Virus record (IMG/VR): IMGVR_UViG_3300044858_001628
Coordinates: 1 to 52,535 of that record
DNA from: a virus
Taxonomy: Duplodnaviria > Caudoviricetes
Reading direction: 5' to 3' (one strand)
DNA: 52,535 nucleotides
Part shown: one piece after another, positions 46,001 to 52,390 of the stretch
How the letters are laid out: each line of letters opens with the position of its first letter
How positions within the stretch are numbered: position 1 is the first letter of the stretch
Notes under the pieces: model-generated
What the model was told of the DNA's origin: nothing
What the model saw: the letters and a program-made list of their open reading frames with translations, nothing else
Database searches by the model: none
Translations under genes and position numbers: made by a program

Positions 46001-46546
46001 TTCTGTCGCTAAAGCGTCAGCCTCTTGTTCTGTTTTTCCAGCGTCAATGTGAGCCTTTTTAACAGCATCGTAAACTTCACCCTTGATAGCACCAGCACCC
46101 ATAGCAGTGCCTACGCCAGTTGAAATAGCTGATTTAGTTGCCGCGCCAGCACCTAACTTCTGTGCCGCAAGCGCTGGAACGATTGTACCTGCGCCTTGAG
46201 CTATCGTATCTAGTGGTGATTGTGAAAAGTTTTTAAGTGCCGCGCCTACTTCTGCAAACCCACCTTTTTGCTCTGCGTTAGCCATACGTGCAGAGTTAAT
46301 AATGTCTTGGTCTTTTGCGCCTTGAGAGCGAAGGCTATCTAAACCTTCAATGCCTGATTGAATTACGTTTGATACTGGATTGTTTGCAGTAACAGCATCA
46401 CTTAGCATCTTACCGCCAAGTAGCGTGCCTTTAAGTAGATTTACCCCTAAGTCACCTACACCTCTTGCTATACCTGTTGTTGGATTTAAGTTAGGGGTAG
46501 AATTAAAAGCATCAACTTCTGCTTGGGATAATTTTATTTTTGCCAT
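31046..46546 (-). CDS. Giant polyvalent (DarB-like) protein, ~5,166 aa
   Basis: DGHHR (ParB-like, ~44.6 kb); GHEWFH and EMLARGFE (LPD1/zincin, ~42.0-42.8 kb); DPSGGNG and NPPF (N6-MTase, ~40.7-41.4 kb); GDDTGVGKG, DEAH, SAT, GRIHRTGQ (SF2 helicase, ~37.5-39.8 kb); HETLGH and EEVLAE (zincin, ~35.5-36.0 kb); VVYHGT...QIKSATGN (ART, ~33.9-34.5 kb); LPD38-like C-terminus. Confidence 0.92.
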   Translation of the reverse strand: MAKIKLSQAEVDAFNSTPNLNPTTGIARGVGDLGVNLLKGTLLGGKMLSDAVTANNPVSNVIQSGIEGLDSLRSQGAKDQDIINSARMANAEQKGGFAEVGAALKNFSQSPLDTIAQGAGTIVPALAAQKLGAGAATKSAISTGVGTAMGAGAIKGEVYDAVKKAHIDAGKTEQEADALATEAQSYTGKNADQIALGAGLGALAGGTGVESIAARLGAKEIGQEAGQFIAKDLLKKTLSDASKEAIPEAIQGGQERVATNVAQARDGFDVDTWQGVAGNATLEGLAAAPLGGGLGAAEYVINSRKQLATTLAQTGSGGAITGAAQTAVLGGASDQVLALPAPTFENNDLVVFPDGSTMTRAEAEKRFTAEELAAFQARTGTTPKQQPTLALPAPTITVDSQGRAADTKTALNDFRTTLGVNNSFDSRFNEGVSNANRNNDASTTMATNTSESTGNNAQGSVADLPIQPNGTGMGDATATPPSSIGTNVATGNDTTGGDAVEARPFESASDDLLGRLLKLTDDTTIKGRIEAEMTLRGLKPATVDAGTTTLPDSTTGFNISNVKRKNGAIGTQGVTQEQVAGVLKHGAGMDIKDGATMREMVDLFKADKEAQNKLREFNKSNPIEVNTLPDGTFHLQDGHHRTFLIDQIGDTTIPAKVDGVLKSTVSPAQEFAPVKESLTTQDNPVVEEATTPENANIQIAHIGSKGANQVISLKPNGDNFNVLHNGDELLDYEGDPVTVKKTATLDEIKAAVKASGQFNKQIITYNKDYQPSVENVDAGDTTEISVDETPKDVQVDANETENVNVVAPDGWENHLIKARTYAKRLIDAGVANEGEFVEEWLDKDKLVEKINSIITSKQKPTEAGNVKEEPNDVGTTGGATGGTISDNPKEPKKEKAPKEVNPKVEKPKVEVVDSEEKPVEKPAEKPVKEKKAEPVEQETTVLSAVESGDIAWLTSELYKGVLEVESLQPSAMPTVFPDDYLIRISLPLNNSDVTDGVLKNLKRLKFRVTDKLQETAESEVVVVSAMISKASGVDDAGNELGGKIKGQAPQKPDVGSDEKKLLKEAEKWLDALHKKNYLDQFSNEEQTFGTMMFKEAIFEHIRMPLEYIASQLKAYYSYSYKATDKSIVTSSLADVEMSEKANVIAGNYVKFLNDLQATFHSASTVESARSAFVQRYLKEEGGNLTLTEEGKPAASIFDTSSWRPATGISNLVNSYANTFGKDENSTDQTNRLVKKDPDVPPRLDNITRVGMKDHRGGKDIDTDAFTSAFGFSGLEFGEWVNQIERQQNLNLAYDSLYDLSSITGIDANIVSVAGKLGLAIGSRGSKNTRAAAHFEPTSNVINLTKTNGNGTVGHEWFHGLDHNIETGAEDSINATKYRGVINLLSNTLSSRIHSDRLDAYLRGVLRDANNEKNRSTPPKDAVFAKINQQGSYATPVHEYVKEQTQFKKEADNLDRGKSKAYWGTKVEMLARGFESFLFDKTKGGSPYLVGKSRADGYMTKKNGYAGTPYPTGEERAYIASVYENFFALIDGKTLKFKTYKVEPRIVEVEGLGFGVIDQHNVGTKFLYSRDSLAGTINWFSTKEIAQADADKIKGTERILDPQTKQVADANKVIIDFVQNLDKIMEEMNIVKFPELKNGSMAESMFFHLKQGWFPEDNRAIKDYVAKAYRIKPADVDLLKLKQGQEDFEAALAKFAGQKIVDMRLAGSDEKAIFDELLSLYNKQPNLDVRTSTSASNQAYSTPLPISFIAGQLGRVNANSKVIDPSGGNGLLLINANPKNITTIELEKHRALNMKLMEFGKVIDGDAVKQIDTINDQAADVILTNPPFGSLASPVGVPSWDGRNYMMGKIDHLIAAKSLRTLADKGRAVIILGANKKVGAVNSNDKVFLNWLYANYNVADHFEVDGSMYARQGAAWPLRVLVIAGRNQTESAYDMNNEVERVFNYEQLWSRYVEAHKNSERILVDSSKASRGFSSTNSGSGQLPNGNQEQAGNSDRNGGAEGSDSNSENDPRGSGSDTNGKTTERGTPSDDADGQNRRRGNDKTGRPRQGGIGNSGSGKTSGTGASPTDAGGLSELSDNDIENIFGEVFDSVAQKKSKSKGKRTLPELIQEKKESKGKVFGNNPVVNKKSTGDKELDAIFAELDEVVDGKSTQQESSDASENKTMFSRSSNEEELSNYEEYKPFFKRIMEVMRKKYSDIKEQIKAFANAVLARYGAGIKAYAMRFVSDIKQEQENTPSSKKPIIPDPVDNESQVVYRGRSNGDSGGIYVPRKQADALYSALDLVEAENGDLDEFVMEELGYDSKEAMYKALGGYQIDALALAISANKNGNGFIIGDDTGVGKGRTAAGLMAWAVKSGKIPVFMTIKPDLYTAMYEDLQDIGKGDIKIAITNSKEEIKDSKGRVVLKSTPQSAKALYAHIIKTGELPDGAQALFTTYSQFNNPKLSAMRRDAVATLVRSEKAVIIMDEAHNAAGESQTGEFIRNLITGNNLFGVDIDGVDVAPPDDFTPPAVTYLSATFAKRPTNMPVYMRTHLAKAADSIEELISAFSGGGDVLQQIASEMLVKSGSMIRRERSYEGVKFGFITDEKNAERDERLVDEVTNVLRSIVRADREFAAWAESEDGRKTLATLMPKGYESYDKNGKLDTAMSHGLFTSVVHNYVSQLLLSTKVDSAVNYAIEAINRGEKAVFALQNTMGSALDDYTSIAGINVGDELKNFGWQTILTRGLTSARRLAFKSPTGNKSDTVRVIVPMNMLPYEIAREFQRGEELIESFKSSLPASPIDMIRFKMSQYSIVTNDDGTQYATKTPPKGANVRPLNISEITGRDKAVDYSTEVPTLVKRKDPDNVDIIRGYANGSIDTVILNSSGATGISLHASEKFKDQRPRHMIFLQPNPDIAVFKQTIGRIHRTGQVEWPTFTVLATGIPAERRILAVLKKKMKSLFSNTSSGKGSTEIDAVDFLNIYGDKIVAEYLSENDDVAGFLSVDISSEPEGTDIALTASGRASLLSVSEQNDFFNTVEERFNQEIEMRNATGTNTLEMKEYDYQASALETTMIEEGMDESNPFTESVFATKYAINVIGDIPTPEKVQTAIDSALGGRTSSEVVDDLVESLKMRYDEAYNQLVLRQSTLNEERLDEKATESEKKAIDDRLASIKTIMDGFATRREQTINALKYRAPIGGGYNSVIVNDIESEGVVVGYSIGKSTSKAGNPFSPSNIIVHIQRNVPNGRISIPLSKIESGSGISVPNQANTYFYLEDMFRLRSVNGGKENRYIITGNLVRFRTHHPEGDIIKFTLDGHTPENPMIESGILMPEKYKLDAGVKSGFSFRSKDAASEYLLSLMKYFNNKKYESTDYEFYKDRVTQIDGMLKINSAVSEELGEELRYGNVMTDSKKAILIYIDRYSGEVKFSVDTKIHPKLFKSKALVALIGDLSKRRNESYAQSNGISDPLKVKALIDLVYRFTNLSATESAVDYARDIAKRYYSGEKSGSASVEKSTDTPTFSRSKSENKGLPKVSVQIAVNKLRSGWKNAPEIIVVDDMNDPAIRKAVRDENQRQLSQGAKGHPEGFYDDGKVYILASEMNSPKDVIRVVFHETLGHYGLRGLYGKELGAILDQVAMLRKNDMAKKAKQYGLDLNKVSDRRIVAEEVLAEMAQTAPSAGFVKRAIAAIRNFLRSIGVNLEFSDNDIIVNYLLPARRFVVNGGGGGGGGGVKLSRDYSVNDAQLFKELTLNDDMFKYTKSSATDMQKVFDDVVPQLVRVDVAIAKDGVEEQYAIYPRDTKGKALLNQEGTISVYPDGNVEINVAAWDEGYGGSGVYSAVANWAYNNGKVFAGDRDGITSTGKLRRLENMVSMALKFGTTDHIAPHQDQERELGINWIKGDTENNIAELLKASYKAIRNGIYVTEKRNGYEVTYKSPNALGVAKLDDLVYDFDKQQFIELSSGKPYTDKEFRVLAESREARATHAGSTTLKRAVIAHTFLREKSGEKRQRLLELVGKLAYQSLENTQLNEIFYSRANQAQTETPQFKSWFGDSKVVDADGKPLVVYHGTAFKYTYNRDEARYETKDKFNTFEPKVGKRSLGFLGAEKEVTSQAFFFTPNKQLAREFGRAKADDSGKSSMNDYVYATYLSINNPYDLTLKSKSVVSDLKKAGYSKEEIADTSRINLWQFLDDERFVSYLKSQGYDGVKLLEKNYASSASKTPEISYAVFSPTQIKSATGNNGNFDANNNDIRFSRSNSSWNNPEPSKLDSVIYALQDKHIDLKRVTDSIKKAGADIADQFNAYLQEELYHGRTAKRTQDFIKHDLDPLIEDMRARGVAMADFEEYLWARHAEERNIQIAKVNPDMPDGGSGMDTQDARDYLSNLTAEQKANYTELAKRIDAINRKSRQTLIDYGLESEKTIEAWQGAYKNYVPLMREDMDNGFGNGTGQGFSVKGNASKRATGSNRAVVDIIANMAQQFEKNVIRGEKNRVSKALIGLAKLNPNKEFWKVDSPPKIKTVVKGATVYEVLYHGSKVQEFTNLAEANKLIQFEGKNGYTINTVKKPDSVQEVTDPNYKNLDNVVVARFKTEKGDIVERAVVFNKYDERSMRMAASVKNLDQDQIGELLGAASSFTRYFASINTQYNPIFGVVNIVRDVQGALLNLSTTPIANKKSDVLKNTPSALLGIYKDLRSERKNGVAGNSQWSQLFEDYQNEGGQTGFRDMYANAKERGESLQNALDPLWWQNSKIGKLISANGLLAKPEQWMYDKAIKPIFDWLSDYNTALENAVRLSVYKVALDNGHSKQQAASMAKNISVNFNRKGEMGRQIGSLYAFFNASVQGTARIGETMLEKDANGKVKLSAMGKRIVQGGLLLGAMQALLLSAAGYGDDEPPEFVRDRSLVIPLGDSYITVPMPLGFNAIPSLGRIVTEWALSGGEDTQKRLVHIMDMILNVTNPIGNAGLSIQTITPTVIDPLAALAENKDFTGRPIAREDFNSLNPTAGFTRSRDKAWDLSVAIAQAINYMTGGNDYKQGAISPTADQLEYLAGQFTGGVGREIIKAGTTADSLFTGEELPTYKVPLVGRFYGDVTGQASQGDAFYTNVRIMNEYQNEMKGIAKEGGDIAKFMESHPEARLARVSDLALRQVQNLRKQQRAIKEAGGDNREAVKVIDERITQIMKRLNDNVTSIKEGKAV
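40321..40695 (-). CDS. Candidate nested +1-frame gene (124 aa) in the methyltransferase-helicase linker
   Basis: GGAG-N5-ATG; helical-looking product; host frame here is low-complexity G/S/N/D/R. Confidence 0.6.
   Translation of the reverse strand: MLRLTKIQNESWWIPARHPEALAVQILEADNYRMAIKNKLETLIEMEGLKEATAIARMTLEEAEAIRMEKPQSAEHLAMMLMDRTDVGEMIRQGDPDRVESATLEVAKQAVQAQAQLTLEDFLN
45046..45246 (-). CDS. Candidate nested +1-frame gene (66 aa) in the N-terminal linker of the giant gene
   Basis: AAGGTG-N6-ATG; W/P/L-rich product; host frame here is low-complexity T/N/G/S/D. Confidence 0.6.
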   Translation of the reverse strand: MLTVTMMPLPQWLQTPVNLQVITLKEAWQIYLYSQMEQEWVTLPPHLHPASERMWLLEMTPQGVMQ

Positions 46547-46578
46547 TTGCACAATTCCAAAGGTTTAGACGTTTCATA

Positions 46579-46604
46579 ATTCTGCCCCTTTGGTGTGCGT
46601 TGTA
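46579..46604 (-). promoter_or_regulatory. Late-promoter motif copy 7 (TACAACGCA-N11-CAGAAT) in front of the giant gene
   Basis: Motif 46596-46604, intergenic. Confidence 0.7.
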
Positions 46605-46606
46605 AG

Positions 46607-48343
46607 CTATACGTTCTCTATTAAGTCGCCATTATCATTATGCCAACCTGTTCCATCTGCGCTAGTTCTGTACTCGTAATTTTTACCAGCAACATTTTTT
46701 ATATCGCCCATTTTAGGTTTAGTTTGAGTAGTTGTTTCGCCTGCCTCGCCACCACCTACATCATAAACAGGCTTACCAGTTGATTTATCAAATACTACAG
46801 TACGTTTAGGTAATGGCAATCCTGTCACGGGGCTTATTCCACCGCCTACCTCTAGCATTTGATAGTTGTCTTTAGGCTCTTTCCCTAGCATTGTTAGGAT
46901 TGTTTCCTGCAACACCTTACGCTTATCGCCTTTAGGGTCTGTTGTATCATCAAGCGTGCCTAGTTTTGTCATAGCGTCATTCAAGCGCTTAGATTGGTCT
47001 AGCTTGATTTTACCTTCTTGAATGTCTTGTCCAGTTTTCTCGCGCGACAAGTCTGAATTTTTGAGCGTGTTACTAAGCTCTACCATGCTCTTATCAAAAT
47101 CAAGGCTTCCTTTTTTGCGGTCAAATTCTGAATTTTTAAGCTTGTCATCAAGCTCAATTTTTTTATTCTTACTTTCCTCTTCACCTTGTTTTCGATTGAA
47201 CGCTGAATTTTTAAGTGAGTTATCTAGCTCAACTACGCCAGCTTGTTTTTGTGCATTTTCAAGCAATGATTTTGCGCTGTCTTTTGCAATCTTATTGTCC
47301 ACTGCATATTTATTAACCTGTCCAGCTACATTCTGCAATTGCATTACTGCCGCAAATGGATTGTTTGAGTAATCCTGTAACTGAACTTGGTTTTCCTGTT
47401 GTAATGGATTTACGATGCTATCTTGCGCCTCTTGCGCTTGAGCTATGGTGTTGCGTATTTTAGCCAATGGGTCAGCCTCGCTTACATTAACGACCTCTGC
47501 CTGCGGTTGCTGTGGTGGTGTCGCTGTAGGCTCTTGCTGTAAGAGTGTATTTTTAATGCCTGCCAATGGGTCTGCTTGCGCTACGCTACCTTGCGCTGGA
47601 ACACTTAACCCTACATTGCCTTGCGCTGGTTGCTTACTCAAGCTTTCAAGCATCTTAATGGCATCTTCTTCTGATATTTCACCTCTAGCCGCGCGAGATT
47701 TAATACTAAGCTCTTCTGGTGAGCCTGTTAATCCACCATAATCAATCTCTTTTTCAACTGGTGTGCGGTCATCAGGTTTGCCAGTTAAGTCTTTTCCTGC
47801 ATCGTTTTGTGGCAATTTTGGCGAGGCTTTATTCGCGGCTTCAACAACCTTTTGCGCTTGACCATTAAGCATCTTCCTCATGGTCATTAAGCTTGTATCT
47901 CCACCACCTTGCAACCATGAAGCCAACTGTGTAACAGGTCTAAAGTCGGTTAAGCTGTTACCTAAAGCAACGCCTCCTTTAGTGATTGCGCTTTTCTTGC
48001 CAGCAGAAAACCTATCGGCTAAAAACCCAGCCGAAACATTACCCAAAGCTTCAAGCCCCCCGCCTATTTTCGTTGCCATGTCTGCATTTGATGCAAACGT
48101 CATCCCCAAATCATCCCCAGCCGCTATCGCTGTCGGAACTGTATTTAGGTTATCAATCAATCCAGAGCCAAAGCTTTTTACTACTTTTGCTGGCTTGGAA
48201 CTCCCTACGGTATTTAATTTTGCCAAAACTTTTGACGCATAAGGCTTTGCAGATGCCACTACATTACCTACAGATTTGCCCGTTGATTTTATATCGTCTG
48301 TCAAGTTGCTTAACGTACTCTTAAACATATCTGTAACTGCCAT
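46607..48343 (-). CDS. Putative internal virion (ejection) protein
   Basis: G/A-rich N-terminus, Q-rich and coiled-coil middle; directly before giant gene. Confidence 0.55.
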   Translation of the reverse strand: MAVTDMFKSTLSNLTDDIKSTGKSVGNVVASAKPYASKVLAKLNTVGSSKPAKVVKSFGSGLIDNLNTVPTAIAAGDDLGMTFASNADMATKIGGGLEALGNVSAGFLADRFSAGKKSAITKGGVALGNSLTDFRPVTQLASWLQGGGDTSLMTMRKMLNGQAQKVVEAANKASPKLPQNDAGKDLTGKPDDRTPVEKEIDYGGLTGSPEELSIKSRAARGEISEEDAIKMLESLSKQPAQGNVGLSVPAQGSVAQADPLAGIKNTLLQQEPTATPPQQPQAEVVNVSEADPLAKIRNTIAQAQEAQDSIVNPLQQENQVQLQDYSNNPFAAVMQLQNVAGQVNKYAVDNKIAKDSAKSLLENAQKQAGVVELDNSLKNSAFNRKQGEEESKNKKIELDDKLKNSEFDRKKGSLDFDKSMVELSNTLKNSDLSREKTGQDIQEGKIKLDQSKRLNDAMTKLGTLDDTTDPKGDKRKVLQETILTMLGKEPKDNYQMLEVGGGISPVTGLPLPKRTVVFDKSTGKPVYDVGGGEAGETTTQTKPKMGDIKNVAGKNYEYRTSADGTGWHNDNGDLIENV

Positions 48344-48352
48344 GATAATCCC

Positions 48353-49270
48353 TTAATTTGCTAATGTTTGAATTGCGCTTACCGCGTTGTTTGCCGATGT
48401 AATCACCGATTTGTAGGTATCAAGCGCTGTGCTAGATGCGCTTACGCCTAAAGCGGCTACCTTCATATTTGAATCAACGATAGAATTAACTTCACTAAGT
48501 TGAGTTTTTGCTATTTGCAAGAAAGCGTCAGTTTGTTTTGCCCACTTATCAAGCGCAAATTCGGCATCTTTAATCGCCTGACCTTTTTCAGTTTCCCATA
48601 CTTTCACATCAAATCCAGCTTTTTCAATACGCATCCTTAGTGCGTTTAATGTGCGCTCTGAAAAGCTTGAGTGGTAATTTGCCATAAACTGCTCGGCATT
48701 AACACCGTTTGTAATTGTAAACTGACGCGCCTGCACGTACATATCTGCACGCTTGATACTTACATCACGGTTGAGTGTTGAAATCGCGCCACGCGCTTGC
48801 TGTTGTACTTTCTGTAAGCCTGCTAACATTGCGCCAGAAGGCATTGAGAACCCTCTTGCCGCAATAGAGCGCTGAAAGTCTTGGATTGAATTGTCTGCGT
48901 TTTGAGATTCACGGTCTTTTGCACGTTCCCATAAAGCCTGTTCATCGCGTGGGTCTAATCCATAACCGCCATTTACAAGGTCGAATAGGATTATTTTCTT
49001 TGCTTCATCTAGGATTGGCGTTTGATACAGCTCTTCTTCCCAGAATATTGCAGGAATGGATGGTGTTGGTAGCGATACATTTTCAAGAGCGATAGTGTCG
49101 TTACTGGTTATTCTTGATAAGTTAATATCGCCTTGTGACCAATTACCATACCAGTTAGTAGCTGACTTCAATTCATCAATAAATACCTTAGATTCTTGAA
49201 CGGCTTTTGCAACCTGTTCGCTTGCCGCCTTAATTGAATCATCAATAGTTGCCATGCCAATACCCCTCAA
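48353..49270 (-). CDS. Putative virion/ejection protein (probable start MATIDD)
   Basis: GGYGL.P..EQALWERA.DRE...AARGFSMPSG motif; helical. Confidence 0.6.
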   Translation of the reverse strand: MRGIGMATIDDSIKAASEQVAKAVQESKVFIDELKSATNWYGNWSQGDINLSRITSNDTIALENVSLPTPSIPAIFWEEELYQTPILDEAKKIILFDLVNGGYGLDPRDEQALWERAKDRESQNADNSIQDFQRSIAARGFSMPSGAMLAGLQKVQQQARGAISTLNRDVSIKRADMYVQARQFTITNGVNAEQFMANYHSSFSERTLNALRMRIEKAGFDVKVWETEKGQAIKDAEFALDKWAKQTDAFLQIAKTQLSEVNSIVDSNMKVAALGVSASSTALDTYKSVITSANNAVSAIQTLAN

Positions 49271-49280
49271 TTTTTATGAA

Positions 49281-49306
49281 AGATTACTAGATTGGCGTGC
49301 GTTGTA
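49281..49306 (-). promoter_or_regulatory. Late-promoter motif copy 8 (TACAACGCA-N11-TAATCT)
   Basis: Motif 49298-49306, intergenic. Confidence 0.7.
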
Positions 49307-51982
49307 TTAAAGTTGCGGTTTGCACCAATCGTACAAGCCTTTGAGCGTTATTTTTCCAGCATCAATATCCTTTTCGTACTGCCCGATAATGCTAACAGTT
49401 GAATCTTCTGGTTTGCTAGAGTTCTGCTTCTTGCGAGTTTCTAAAACGTCATCAAAAGATGTGCTGTTAGCAATAACAACAACATTTGAACCGCCTAGCA
49501 ATGTAGTTCCAACGTAAGGATGCTCTGTGTAAGGCGTTATCTCATTGCCTTCATCGTCTAGTGTTGGGGTGTTGAATAATGATGCAAATTCAAATCCACC
49601 ATCACCATCATAATTAAATTTATACCCTGTATAAATGCGGATAGCTATAAGTCGTGCAACATCATACGATTGTGGAAACATTCCACACTCAATGATATTA
49701 CCTTCGTCATCTTCCATCACATACTCAATCGGGTATAGCGTTATTGATTCGTCTTTAGATAATCCCTTGCCTATCCAAAACTTGGTTGATGTTGCTGATT
49801 TTTCGCTGGATTCAATAACGCCATCTTTATCAGTATCAATGTCATACCGCAACGTGTCTTTAGGTATATTTCCATCATTGTCAGAAAGTGGCGTTAAATC
49901 AATGTCAGTAAATGTAATGTCTGTTAAATCTGGTGGAGGCACTAACGCTATCTTTGATGTTGAGTAAGCTTGAGCCTGAGAATCTGTAACACCAGAAGCT
50001 AAAGTGTCATAAGTGCCATTGATAGAAACTACTGTATAAGGCTCACCGTTGCAATCACTAGGATTGATAGGTAAGTATTCTGGATAAGTTAGATTGTAAG
50101 TGCCATTAAGATAGCTGGTAATCGCTATAGGTTTTAACGCGACAAAGTTATCAAATGTGTATTTAAACTGACTAAATCCAGTGGTATTGATAGTTTCAAC
50201 TGCACATTCACCAGATAGCAACTCAACTTCTGAACCATCTTCTTTTAGTGCAAATAGTGTTCTAGTGTAAGTAACAACTGCGCCAACACCAGAGCCTACC
50301 GTACTTGATGTTTGCGTTACCCTATATCCATCCCACCTGTAACCAATACCAACACATAAGGAATATGGTGCGCCATTCATCACAGCAATTGCCATATTTT
50401 TAGGCATCACTTTAGCGTCTAAGTCAGCATAAATTAAATCTGTTTTAGTGTTTCGCCATGCTCTATGACGTATAACGTGGTTTTCGTAGCCTGCGTAAGC
50501 GGCAGGAGTTGGTATAGTTAATGTTGATTGAGAAATGCCATCAGGAATAACAGCCTCGCCAGTGTATCTGTATGTTCCGCTTGTTGTGGTTAAAATACCA
50601 GACTCATTTACAAGAGATACATTATCTAAAATTGCTTTTTCAAAATAAAGAATGGTGATGTCAGGCGCTTGAAGGTTTGTTTTATTTAAGTCGAAAGCTA
50701 ATGGAGAAAATCCAAACTCAAGTAACACTGCATAAAAATAAAAATCATTCCAATGTAATAGTTTAATAGCGTCAAATCTTTTTGTAAGTGTGATTTTTCC
50801 ACTTGGAACGTAATAAGAAAAAACTCCACCAACATACAAATTTCTTCCAGAAATAAATATATCCCTTGAGTAATTTCCGCTTGCATCCAATACAGTTTCC
50901 CCCAGCGTAATAACTGCATAGTCTGAAGTTACTGTGTTTGATATAACAGGAGGAAGTCTTGGAGTTGCATCATCAGGATAGTAAACATCTGCATATCCAT
51001 AAATTTGTAACCCATTGTGTATAACATCACCATCATTGAGTTGAGCTATTCTTCTTCCATCAAATTCAGCTAAATAAGCCGACTTTTCAGAAAGGTACTG
51101 CGAATATGCTAATAACCTAGCATCTTCTTGAGAATCCCAATTTTCCTTGCACGCAAGCCATATTTCATACGCAGGGTTTAACTTTCCTTGTACCTGACCA
51201 GTTTGTGCTGTTGTATCGTTGTATTTAACCTCTCCGTCACCTCCGTTATAAATGGATTCTTCCTTGCTATATAACGTACCGCTTTTTAGATTGTAATATG
51301 GAGGTGCTATTTCTGGTGGTAAATATAAAGTTCTTGAATCGGAACTATTATCATCATAAGATGTTGCACCTGAATAATTAGATAGCACATGAATGAATGG
51401 GTCTTGGTATCTGTCTGATGTGTGGATGCTTCCGTTTACTGATTCAACGTATGCCGTACCACCTGAAGCAGAGCCGCCACTATCAAAAACAAGTGTAACG
51501 GAGTAATCAATCCTACGTTTTTTTATTTGATTACCATCAATATCATCACCAACAACTAGATATTGATGAACAATAGTGGTAGAAATTGTAACTCCATCGA
51601 ACATTGGAGGACTTTTTATAGGATATGACTTCTTTCCTCCTGTATCGTTTGATGTGCCTATTGCGCCACAAGATGTTGTCGCTGGATATGTGAACGGAGG
51701 ATAGCTATAAGCTTTTCCTTTGTAATGAAATGCAGTTCTTGGGTCTTGTGGGATTCGGCAATTAACGCCAAAATAACCGCTAGGCTGTCCAACTTCAAGT
51801 AAATCAGCCCTACCATCATCCCTTATTTTACCTACGAAGTTTTCACCTACGGCAATTGCGCCTTTTAAGCCTAGCATCATGCGTCTTTTGGCTTGGTAAT
51901 AAAGCAGGTCTGATTCGTTTTTTAACTTACTTCCGACAAGGTATTTAGAATCATCGTAGAGCTTACGAATCTTTCCAAACAT
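49307..51982 (-). CDS. Large beta-rich hypothetical virion protein (891 aa)
   Basis: Long ORF in the structural operon; Y/T/G/S/D-rich. Confidence 0.7.
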   Translation of the reverse strand: MFGKIRKLYDDSKYLVGSKLKNESDLLYYQAKRRMMLGLKGAIAVGENFVGKIRDDGRADLLEVGQPSGYFGVNCRIPQDPRTAFHYKGKAYSYPPFTYPATTSCGAIGTSNDTGGKKSYPIKSPPMFDGVTISTTIVHQYLVVGDDIDGNQIKKRRIDYSVTLVFDSGGSASGGTAYVESVNGSIHTSDRYQDPFIHVLSNYSGATSYDDNSSDSRTLYLPPEIAPPYYNLKSGTLYSKEESIYNGGDGEVKYNDTTAQTGQVQGKLNPAYEIWLACKENWDSQEDARLLAYSQYLSEKSAYLAEFDGRRIAQLNDGDVIHNGLQIYGYADVYYPDDATPRLPPVISNTVTSDYAVITLGETVLDASGNYSRDIFISGRNLYVGGVFSYYVPSGKITLTKRFDAIKLLHWNDFYFYAVLLEFGFSPLAFDLNKTNLQAPDITILYFEKAILDNVSLVNESGILTTTSGTYRYTGEAVIPDGISQSTLTIPTPAAYAGYENHVIRHRAWRNTKTDLIYADLDAKVMPKNMAIAVMNGAPYSLCVGIGYRWDGYRVTQTSSTVGSGVGAVVTYTRTLFALKEDGSEVELLSGECAVETINTTGFSQFKYTFDNFVALKPIAITSYLNGTYNLTYPEYLPINPSDCNGEPYTVVSINGTYDTLASGVTDSQAQAYSTSKIALVPPPDLTDITFTDIDLTPLSDNDGNIPKDTLRYDIDTDKDGVIESSEKSATSTKFWIGKGLSKDESITLYPIEYVMEDDEGNIIECGMFPQSYDVARLIAIRIYTGYKFNYDGDGGFEFASLFNTPTLDDEGNEITPYTEHPYVGTTLLGGSNVVVIANSTSFDDVLETRKKQNSSKPEDSTVSIIGQYEKDIDAGKITLKGLYDWCKPQL

Positions 51983-52390
51983 TTAAGCCACCTTGCGAGA
52001 TAAAACTTCTGCTTCTAAGCTGACACTATCCAACTCAAAGCTGTTTCCTGTGATTTCTGGTTGCCAGTAGCGTGACTTAGTGCCTTTACCTAGCTTGATT
52101 CTGCGTGTGCCAATACCATTGCCTTGATGTGTTGCATCGTGGTTATCAGCTTCATTGTCGCTATCTGTCAGCATACGCAATCCAACTGTGCCTTTTGAGC
52201 CGACATAAGCATATTGCACGCGCTTCTGATACTCTGAACCCATATCATCCATACCAAAGCGAACACGCGCATCAATTACATTGCCATTATCAGTATCACC
52301 ATCCATGAGATAGATGCCATCTTTAGCAATGGACAAGTAAACGCCACCTATTTTAGCCATAGCAAGCGAATCAAAGTTTGTGTACTGCGT
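51983..52390 (-). CDS. 3' part of the origin-spanning ~510-aa virion protein
   Basis: In frame with 1..1125; TQYTNF...DGIY...GDTDNG...RIKLGKG..SRYWQ domain. Confidence 0.85.
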   Translation of the reverse strand, partial: TQYTNFDSLAMAKIGGVYLSIAKDGIYLMDGDTDNGNVIDARVRFGMDDMGSEYQKRVQYAYVGSKGTVGLRMLTDSDNEADNHDATHQGNGIGTRRIKLGKGTKSRYWQPEITGNSFELDSVSLEAEVLSRKVA

